Shown: piece by piece, positions 33,629-40,853 of the stretch
Layout: every line of letters starts with the position of its first letter
Numbering within the stretch: the stretch's first letter is position 1
IMG/VR virus record: IMGVR_UViG_3300042191_000151
Span: 1 to 42,700 of that record
Strand: one strand, 5' to 3'
Source of the DNA: a virus
Lineage: Duplodnaviria; Caudoviricetes
DNA length: 42,700 nt
Notes under the pieces: model-generated
Databases searched by the model: none
What the model saw: the letters and a program-made list of their open reading frames with translations, nothing else
Told to the model about the DNA's origin: nothing
Translations under genes and position numbers: made by a program

Positions 33629-34873
33629 TCAGGTCGCTGGTGCGGGCAGCACCAGCTGGACGGCCACCCCGTCGGGACGGGCTGGATACGCCGTCGTAGG
33701 AATCCCCGACATGGCCGCGCCGCCGATGTGCGACGGCGTGGGCTGCGACGGATCTCGCGGCATCGCAGCCGCCGGGGAAGAGCGCGAGGCGCCGACGGAG
33801 CTAGGTGCCGACGCCTCGAACGGGCGCAGAGGGCCGGCGTCTAGCTCACCGGGCCCGGCGGTCGAAGCCGTCGGGGATTCCTCTGCACCCGATCGGGGAG
33901 CCGGAGCCACCCCGTCGCGCTGGTAGGTCGCGTTGTGCTCGTCGTTGCAGGCCTTGCAGTAGCCCTTGCCCGACGGCTTCACGCGGTAGTTCGCAGCCTT
34001 TTCGTGCCGGCCAGTGCGGCAACGGCCCGTCAGTCCACCGGCCAGCCCACGCTGCACGTTCACCGCCTGGGTGACAGCCTCGAGGTGGTCGGGATTCACA
34101 CAGCCGGTGTTGCGACACAGATGGTCGATGACGAGGCCGTCCGGGATCGGCCCGCGAGCCTGCTCGTAAGCGAGTCTGTGAGCCAGCCGGATGCCCAGCC
34201 GACCGTAGCCGCGGCCCGGCTGTCGGGCGCCGGTCCACTCGACGCAGGGGCCGACCACCGCAGGCGCCCCGGAAACTGTTACATCGCCGTGTGCGCCGCT
34301 GTCATCCACTCCGCCTGCTTTCGCGGCAGCGCGGCGGCGCGCGGCACGGACCCGGCACGCGCCGTCGTGTGTCGTCCGGTTGGGCCGCGCGCCCTCGGGC
34401 AGCGGCTCGTCGCAGCCTTCGCAGAGACGAAGTGAGGCGCCGCCAGGGGTTCGCTCACCGCTCGCGTCAGCTCGCGGATCTGAGCCGACCCCTGTTCGGC
34501 CGGCTGACGTCAACGACTGCGGCGCCTCGGGGAGCGCGCGATCCGGCTCTTGGCCACCTGTCACAGCAGCTGGGAGGGGGTTGCGCGCTCCCCGAGAGGT
34601 CGGAGCCCGACCCTCGAGGATGTCCATGAGGCGGTAGGTGTCGCGCTGGCTGCCGAGCATCGCGGCCGGGCGCGACCGGCGAATGCCGTCGAAGAAGGCG
34701 ACGCCGTAGCGCGTCCGCGGCAGACGCTTCGTGCCGTCCGCGTCGGTGACAATGCCAGAGGGCGTGCCGTTCGTCAGCCGTCCGCAGGGCTCGACCTCGA
34801 CCACGGCGACCAGCGTCTCGCCGGCGGGCCAGACGACGTCGCGGGCGATCCGCTCGAGCTCGACTGTCGTCAT
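33629..34873 (-). CDS. Multidomain protein with a zinc ribbon and an HNH endonuclease domain
   Basis: CEGCDEPL..H..AC; CVEWTG..GYG..AHRLAYE..GPIPDGLVIDHLCRNTGCVNPDHL..N; CRTGRH..CKAC. Confidence 0.75.
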   Translation of the reverse strand: MTTVELERIARDVVWPAGETLVAVVEVEPCGRLTNGTPSGIVTDADGTKRLPRTRYGVAFFDGIRRSRPAAMLGSQRDTYRLMDILEGRAPTSRGARNPLPAAVTGGQEPDRALPEAPQSLTSAGRTGVGSDPRADASGERTPGGASLRLCEGCDEPLPEGARPNRTTHDGACRVRAARRRAAAKAGGVDDSGAHGDVTVSGAPAVVGPCVEWTGARQPGRGYGRLGIRLAHRLAYEQARGPIPDGLVIDHLCRNTGCVNPDHLEAVTQAVNVQRGLAGGLTGRCRTGRHEKAANYRVKPSGKGYCKACNDEHNATYQRDGVAPAPRSGAEESPTASTAGPGELDAGPLRPFEASAPSSVGASRSSPAAAMPRDPSQPTPSHIGGAAMSGIPTTAYPARPDGVAVQLVLPAPAT

Positions 34874-34940
34874 CGGGTCGGCGCCGGGCAGACGTTCGGC
34901 ATGCGCCGGTGGGGTTGGAGCTGCGCGGAGCACGCGCACA

Positions 34941-35099
34941 TCACGACCATGCCGCGCCGTACACGGCGAACAGGTAGAACGAGCCGAGCAGGAGCGCCGC
35001 CCCGACCACCGTCTCGACGACCAGGCGGGCGATCGCGATCCGACGTCCGGGCGAGCCGGCGCGCGGGATGCGCGGATCGATCTCGTCGAGGCGGATCAT
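34941..35099 (-). CDS. Small membrane protein
   Basis: C-terminal TM helix; ATGA overlap. Confidence 0.55.
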   Translation of the reverse strand: MIRLDEIDPRIPRAGSPGRRIAIARLVVETVVGAALLLGSFYLFAVYGAAWS

Positions 35100-35305
35100 G
35101 CCGCGTGGCTCGCGATTGCCCCGGTCTCGTCGCGAGCGCGGAAGGTGCGCCGCCTCGTGTACGTGCCGTTCTCCTGGCGATCGAGGCGCAGCGCCCAGAG
35201 CTCGTTCAGGTCGACGTCGCAAACCTCGGCGTCGAGCGCACGCTTGCGCTCGCACCCCTCGACGGTGCAGGTGGTGGCGGCCTCGACGCGGGCGAGCAGG
35301 GTCAC
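35096..35305 (-). CDS. Hypothetical protein
   Basis: Coupled to cro; CTVEGC. Confidence 0.55.
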   Translation of the reverse strand: MTLLARVEAATTCTVEGCERKRALDAEVCDVDLNELWALRLDRQENGTYTRRRTFRARDETGAIASHAA

Positions 35306-35517
35306 AGCGCCGCCTCGGCAGTCTCGACTCGCATCGCGACTTCGCGGAATGTCGCAAGGGCCGTTCGGTATTCGGTGGCGATCTCGTCATCGACGACGGC
35401 GAGCTCCTCGTACCGCGCGACGGTGGCGCGGTGTCGGTTCATTCGTGCGGCGAGAGCGTTGAGTCTGACCCGCGCGGCGACCCGCTCCAGGCGAAGGTCG
35501 AGTCCGGAAGTAGCCAT
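35302..35517 (-). CDS. Cro-like XRE HTH protein
   Basis: LRLERVAARV..LAARM...TVARYE; divergent from the repressor. Confidence 0.75.
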   Translation of the reverse strand: MATSGLDLRLERVAARVRLNALAARMNRHRATVARYEELAVVDDEIATEYRTALATFREVAMRVETAEAAL

Positions 35518-35642
35518 GCGCGGACATTGCCCGAAGTCGCGACAAAAGTCAAGAGGTCGCGCGATATTGCGTGGAAAGTCGCACGCTGGTGAGGTTAGTA
35601 GGGGTACAAAAGTCGCGACATTCGGCGTAGGCTCTCAGGCGC
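35518..35642. promoter_or_regulatory. Lysis/lysogeny switch: divergent promoters and GTCGCGAC operators
   Basis: Minus strand TTGACT-17nt-CAATGT-6nt-ATG; plus strand TAGGCT at 35628-35633; AAGTCGCGACA at 35534-35544 and 35610-35620. Confidence 0.7.
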
Positions 35643-36047
35643 ATGAGAACACCGGACCAGCGCGGTCGCTACGGTCGATGGCTCGTCGCGGCGCGCGAAG
35701 CGCGCGGCTGGGACACGGCCCAGAAGGCGCTCGACGCCTTGGCCGCCGCCGGCATCCGCATCGGAAAGAGCACCTACGCGGAGTACGAGTCCGGGTCGAA
35801 GGTGCCGAGCCGGAACCATCTGCCGCTGCTAGAGGGCTTCTGGGGTCGAGCGCCCGATGGCGCCGCGGACGAGCCGACCATGGCTGCTGCTCTCAGCGCC
35901 CTTGCCGATGAGCTCCGGTTGAGCCGCGAGGCGCGGGATGCGGAGGAGGCTCGACTTCGGAGCGTCGAGATGGGCCTAGCAGTCCTAGCGCAACGACTCG
36001 GCGTAGAGCTTCCAGAGCGATCCGCTCCTCGCGTGACAACGGGATGA
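35643..36047 (+). CDS. CI-like XRE-family repressor
   Basis: GRWLVAAREARGW..Q...KSTYAEYESGSKVPS; no S24 peptidase domain. Confidence 0.8.
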   Translation: MRTPDQRGRYGRWLVAAREARGWDTAQKALDALAAAGIRIGKSTYAEYESGSKVPSRNHLPLLEGFWGRAPDGAADEPTMAAALSALADELRLSREARDAEEARLRSVEMGLAVLAQRLGVELPERSAPRVTTG

Positions 36048-36207
36048 CCGGTTCGTTCATCGCGGCGACCTCTCTGCGGCGTGTTCCGCCCGTGCGCCGG
36101 CGCGGGTTCCCGGTCCCGTCGAGCGCCAGATACTGCGTGGTCGTCGTGACGGCTGTCCGTCGCATGCCTGTGGACGGTCGCCCGGGTTATCCACGAAGTT
36201 CCTGACG

Positions 36208-37098
36208 ATGGTCACGGCGGGGGAGCGGGCGCAATCCGGTAAATCCCTCGACTGGCGCCGCGCCTGGAGGCTCCTCAACTACGCGGCGGTGCCGCTGATC
36301 CTGGTGTGGGTCGCCGGGCACCTCGTCCCGCAGGCGCCATTCGTCGACGACATGGCGTATTGGGGGACGCGAGACGGGGTGCTCTACGAACTGACCTGGA
36401 ACACGCGGGCCGATTCGTTCATCTACTCGCCGGCCTTCGCGCAGGTCATCGCGCCGTTCGTGCGGTTGGACTACCTGACGTTCCACGTCGGGCTCGAGGT
36501 CGTCCAGATCGCCGCGGTCCTGTGGCTCTTGGGTCCGGCCCTCACCCTCGGCTTCCTGCTGGTCCCGTTCCTCGGCGGCTCGTACATCTGGAACGGCAAC
36601 ATCACGCCGCTGCTCTGTGTCGCCCTTGTGCTTCGATGGTGGCCCGCGATCGTGCTCACGAAGATCCTGCCCGGCGTCACCTTGGGCTGGTACGTCGGCG
36701 CGCGGGACTGGCGCGGCCTCGCGCTGTCCCTGTGGGTCATCGTCGGGATCGTCGCGGTGTCGTTCGTCCTCTGGCCCGGAGCGTGGTTCGATTGGGCCGA
36801 CGCCCTGACGAGGGCGCAGAGCTCCGCGCTCAAAGGCTGGGCCGTGCCGATCTGGCTCCGGCTTCCCGCGGCCCTCGCGCTGTCCGTCTACGCCGGGCAC
36901 TCCGGCAGGCGTTGGCTCCTGGCGCCCGCGGCCATGCTGTCGCTCGCGGACATCGCCCCGGCTGCGCTGGTGTGGCTGATTGCGGTGCCGCGACTGCTAC
37001 CAAGCGCCGCCGTGGCTGGAGTTGTAAGCCATGAGAGCGACGCCGGGGATGGCCGCCGACTTCGCCCAGCTCGTCTCGATGTCGAGGGTCGTGCCTAG
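36208..37098 (+). CDS. Polytopic membrane glycosyltransferase, GT87-like (GT-C)
   Basis: D..YW, FIYSPAFAQ, GNI and K..PG motifs with many TM helices. Confidence 0.72.
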   Translation: MVTAGERAQSGKSLDWRRAWRLLNYAAVPLILVWVAGHLVPQAPFVDDMAYWGTRDGVLYELTWNTRADSFIYSPAFAQVIAPFVRLDYLTFHVGLEVVQIAAVLWLLGPALTLGFLLVPFLGGSYIWNGNITPLLCVALVLRWWPAIVLTKILPGVTLGWYVGARDWRGLALSLWVIVGIVAVSFVLWPGAWFDWADALTRAQSSALKGWAVPIWLRLPAALALSVYAGHSGRRWLLAPAAMLSLADIAPAALVWLIAVPRLLPSAAVAGVVSHESDAGDGRRLRPARLDVEGRA

Positions 37099-37782
37099 CG
37101 CGGCAATGGCGAGTACGGCATTCGCCGCGATGCCCAGGATGGTGGCGAGCGTACCGATGCCGAAGACCTGCGTCGCGCTCGTGTTGCGAATGACCAGCCA
37201 GTACGCACCGGGCGGGAGGAGCAGCGTTCCCGCGCCCGACACGTCGGCAGATGACCGGCCTGCCGCTGCGCCCGCGGGGGTGAACGAGAACGTGGCGTCA
37301 GAGCCGGTCACGAAGTTGACCGTGGCGCTGTTATCGAGGCGCGAGACGTACAGCCGCGCCTCGGCGGTCCGTGCGTTCGCTGCGGTGTCGGTGCTCCACA
37401 TCCGGTATGCCTTGAGGAACATCGGGGCCGCCAGCACGATCGGGATCAACATTGCCTCGCCGTTGCCAGCCACCACAGCCGCAAGGTTCTTGGCGGTCGC
37501 CGTCGCGCCGGTCGCGTCATAGCCTATGGGGTACGCGACCTGCTGGAACCCAACCGGCGTGACGGGCTTCGCGCGGACGCTGTCGAAGGCCAGCAGGTTT
37601 CGCAGCGTGCCGTCCCAGCCGGTCCGCCCTTCGGTGGTGGCGGGGGTTGCGACAGGCACGTTGAGATTGACCGGCGTCAGGGTCGCGCCGCCGCCCGTCG
37701 CACCCGTGCCCGTCGCGGCGTGGGTGTGGTCGGCGATGACGCCCGTGACCCCGACGTGGGTGAGGGTTGCGTGGTCTGCCAT
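36997..37782 (-). CDS. Tail fibre/receptor-binding-like protein
   Basis: Last tail gene; DHTH motif; beta-rich C-terminus with LPPGAYWL. Confidence 0.6.
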   Translation of the reverse strand: MADHATLTHVGVTGVIADHTHAATGTGATGGGATLTPVNLNVPVATPATTEGRTGWDGTLRNLLAFDSVRAKPVTPVGFQQVAYPIGYDATGATATAKNLAAVVAGNGEAMLIPIVLAAPMFLKAYRMWSTDTAANARTAEARLYVSRLDNSATVNFVTGSDATFSFTPAGAAAGRSSADVSGAGTLLLPPGAYWLVIRNTSATQVFGIGTLATILGIAANAVLAIAALGTTLDIETSWAKSAAIPGVALMAYNSSHGGAW

Positions 37783-39234
37783 TTAGTAGGCCCTCCAGGT
37801 CATTACGATGTCGTCGCCGGTCCACACGAGCTCGGGGCCGCCGCCGGGGTTGGTCGTCACGGGTTCCCAGCGGCGGTTGTCATTGACCCAGACGGACCCG
37901 CTGAATCGCAGCGTGTCATCGACGGCTGAGCCGGTCAGTATCACGTCGGTCAGGTCATCGAGGTTCGTCACGGACCCGACGACCGAGGTGTCCGTGAACA
38001 CCTGCGAGTAGATGTCCGCGTCGACCGGATCGCCCTCGGCGGATTCCACGGCGTAGATCACCAGCGCGTGGTTGTCGTCGAGCTGGAGGATCGTGGCGTA
38101 TGCGCTCTCGGCCAGGAGCGCCGAGAGAATCGTCTCCGATCCCCAGCCGGTGTCGGTCACGCCCGATGGGGTCTGCCTCCAGGCCGTATCGAGCGAGCCC
38201 CCGGCGCTCCGGTAGACCGTGAGCCCGATGCCCGAGTTCAGCAGCCGCCATACCGGATAACCGGTCGCCGCGTAGAGCTGGACGGGCGTGCTCCAGGTAG
38301 CGCCGGAATCGGTCGACACCGCGCCGTAGTGGAAGGTGTTGGCCGCGTTGCGGAGGTGGATGTACAGCGTGCCGTCCGTGACTTCCTCGAAGTCCGCCTC
38401 GTTGTAGCCCGAGGCGACCACAGTGGTCATCGTCGGGGCGGACCAGTCGGTGATGTCAGACGACGAGAGCACGACGACCGTCACCACGCCGCCCGAGACG
38501 TACTGGCCCGCCATCATGTAGGTGCCGTTGGCGAGCTGGTGAACCCGCCCGTTCGCGGCGTCCTGCGTGTGGCCCGAGAATGACCCGCCGACGTTGTAGC
38601 GGGTCCACGTCGATCCGGAGGTCATCGAGGCCGAAGGGTCGTCGCAGATCATCAGGTGCGGGCTGATGTTGTTCGTGCCGTCGTACTCGTTGCACCAGTA
38701 GATGGCCCGGTAATCCCCGGCGCCGTCGATGTCGAGCACCGACAGCGAATCGCCCTGCCCCCGGAGGTCGTTCGCCACGTCCTCGATGTCGAACTCGGAG
38801 CCCATGGTGTACGTCCACGGCACGGTGTCGGTGACGGTGGCGATCTTGGCGACGATCTTCCCGCCGGTCAGGTGCGTCGCCCCGTGGCGGTAGGCAATCA
38901 GGAACTTGTCGCCGACGCGGTGCTCCGTGGCCGTCGGATCAGTGAGCCACGCCACTCCGGGGAACGCCCGGTGGTCGGCGCCCGATGAGATCGTGAATGC
39001 CGTGCCGTCTGCGGAGACCTCGCCGACGACCGTGACGAAGCCGTCGATCACCAGGAGCGCCGTGCCGTCGTCGTTGTCGATGAGGGTGGCGCCGACGACG
39101 GTCAGGTCCACGACGGGATGCGCCGTGATCGATTTGTCGCGGAACGTGATGCCGCGCGGCCCAGCGCGCCCGCGGTCGGCGCGACCGCGCTCGACGGCCG
39201 CACCGCGCTGGGGCGACGGGTTCTTCGCCCTCAT
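37783..39234 (-). CDS. Tail protein with a sialidase-like (BNR/Asp-box) beta-propeller
   Basis: HRAFPG, Asp-box STDSGATWS, NEAD..LR, AYAT; LDDLTDV motif near the C-terminus. Confidence 0.7.
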   Translation of the reverse strand: MRAKNPSPQRGAAVERGRADRGRAGPRGITFRDKSITAHPVVDLTVVGATLIDNDDGTALLVIDGFVTVVGEVSADGTAFTISSGADHRAFPGVAWLTDPTATEHRVGDKFLIAYRHGATHLTGGKIVAKIATVTDTVPWTYTMGSEFDIEDVANDLRGQGDSLSVLDIDGAGDYRAIYWCNEYDGTNNISPHLMICDDPSASMTSGSTWTRYNVGGSFSGHTQDAANGRVHQLANGTYMMAGQYVSGGVVTVVVLSSSDITDWSAPTMTTVVASGYNEADFEEVTDGTLYIHLRNAANTFHYGAVSTDSGATWSTPVQLYAATGYPVWRLLNSGIGLTVYRSAGGSLDTAWRQTPSGVTDTGWGSETILSALLAESAYATILQLDDNHALVIYAVESAEGDPVDADIYSQVFTDTSVVGSVTNLDDLTDVILTGSAVDDTLRFSGSVWVNDNRRWEPVTTNPGGGPELVWTGDDIVMTWRAY

Positions 39235-40850
39235 GCCCACACGCCTTGCGAGAAGCCCCACTTGCCGCCGCAGGCCCCGCCGGTATCGCGGATCTTCACC
39301 CAGCGGATGCAGTCACCGGCTGACGTGTCGTCGATGACGACTTCGACCGAATCGCCCGAGGCGATGGTCGCTACCAGCTCGCTGGGACTGGCAAAGCCGG
39401 CCGGCCCCATGTTCACCCAGAGCGGCTTCACCAGGCCCCCGTACCGCTCGGTCTGGATCGTCCACGTGCCGTTGCCGACGGTCATCAGGATGAGGATGTT
39501 CTGCACGCAGGTGCCCGCGTAGTCGATGGTCCCCGCCCCGCCCGGCCCGAACACGCCGAAGTTCCACTCGCCGATGTAGCCGATGTCGTCGGGCGTGGTC
39601 GGATCGCCCAGCCCTCCCCGGAAGTAGTAGATGACGCCATCGGACGGGTTGGCAGGCGAGGAGCCGGTCGGGCTGCCGAGGGGGTAGTAGGTGCCGGCCG
39701 GGGTGTCGGTCCAAGTGTCCGAGCAGTTCACCGCCGCGGGTGGCGCTTCCTGCGGCAGCAGGTGCAGCGCCACGTTGTAGTCGAAGTCGGTCTTGAGCGG
39801 CTGGCTCACGCGGCGCCGAGCGATCCGGGCCCAGCGGCCGTTGCCCGACGCCCAGCCTTCGGGCGCTAGGTGGATCATCTTGGTCTGGATCCGGAACCCG
39901 GGCATCGCGAGGTTGACCTGGGCCTCGCGCATCCGGAGCGTCACGTCGATCGCCTGCTCCTCGGCGTCCGATTCGTCGAGGAACGTCTCTGCCGCGATGG
40001 TCGCGGCCTCGGCCGTCTTGATGCCCGAATCCTCGGTGGTGCCGTCCCGGTCAACGAACGCGGCCGCGGTCGCGGCGCGCTCGACGTAGACGTGGCCCGT
40101 GCCGTACGCGCCGTACGCGCCGGCGTACACGTCGTCGGGGTCCTCGGCGAAGTCGGTCGCGTCCCCGAGCGGCGCGAACACGGTGACGTGGTCGATCGCG
40201 TCCGTCGGGTCGTTGGAGATCCGGATCGTGGCCGAATCGGTCAGGGCGAGGTAGGTGTCGTCGCTGTCCTGGTTCTCGTCGCGGAAGACGAGCTCGTAGG
40301 CGTCTTCGCCCTCGTTGTAGCGGACGTACTCGTTGAACTTCGCAGAGCGTGCCAGCGCCGCAAGGACGTCGCCCGGGAACCTGCTGCGGCAGTCGTCTTT
40401 GTCGAGGGCGACGGTCGACGGCTGGACACGCCCGAAGTCGGCGACGAGGCCCGACAGGAACGTCGCGAGCAGCCAGGCGACGCGGACGGTGATCGTCTCG
40501 GCCGGGCGGTTGCCGCCGGCGGCGCCGTCGCCCTCGATGATCTTGCGCTTGAGGAGCGAGTTGAGGTCCCGGGTGGTGAGCTCGATCTCGCGCCCGGCGC
40601 CGAACGGCGCGTTCCGGGTCTTGATGCTCTTGGGCCCGACGAACTGCGTCGCGACGCGCGTCGGCGTCGACGCCGACTGGGCGACGACGATCGTCTTGTG
40701 CCCGACGACGCTGATCGTGCCCGCGGTGTCGCGGACCATGAGCTTGCCCTCGGCGACCTCGCCGAGGTAGGCGGATTCGGCGAGCTCGATCGATTCGCGC
40801 GGGACCGCCCCGGTCCGGCTGACACCGTCGATCGTGATCGTCTGGGCCAT
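39231..40850 (-). CDS. Minor tail/baseplate hub protein
   Basis: Directly follows the TMP; MAQTITIDG start. Confidence 0.6.
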   Translation of the reverse strand: MAQTITIDGVSRTGAVPRESIELAESAYLGEVAEGKLMVRDTAGTISVVGHKTIVVAQSASTPTRVATQFVGPKSIKTRNAPFGAGREIELTTRDLNSLLKRKIIEGDGAAGGNRPAETITVRVAWLLATFLSGLVADFGRVQPSTVALDKDDCRSRFPGDVLAALARSAKFNEYVRYNEGEDAYELVFRDENQDSDDTYLALTDSATIRISNDPTDAIDHVTVFAPLGDATDFAEDPDDVYAGAYGAYGTGHVYVERAATAAAFVDRDGTTEDSGIKTAEAATIAAETFLDESDAEEQAIDVTLRMREAQVNLAMPGFRIQTKMIHLAPEGWASGNGRWARIARRRVSQPLKTDFDYNVALHLLPQEAPPAAVNCSDTWTDTPAGTYYPLGSPTGSSPANPSDGVIYYFRGGLGDPTTPDDIGYIGEWNFGVFGPGGAGTIDYAGTCVQNILILMTVGNGTWTIQTERYGGLVKPLWVNMGPAGFASPSELVATIASGDSVEVVIDDTSAGDCIRWVKIRDTGGACGGKWGFSQGVWA

Positions 40851-40853
40851 CTT

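Noticed and set aside
33629-34873. Group I or II intron carrying the HNH
   Set aside because: No recognisable P7/R/S core or domain V, and the frame is uninterrupted. Kept only as unclassified structured RNA.
35893-36060. Minus-strand ORF MNEPVIPLSREERIAL antisense to the cI 3' end
   Set aside because: It has a plausible RBS but overlaps cI and has no recognisable motif; support is insufficient.
36997-40850. Diversity-generating retroelement acting on tail genes
   Set aside because: No reverse transcriptase and no TR/VR repeat pair seen.
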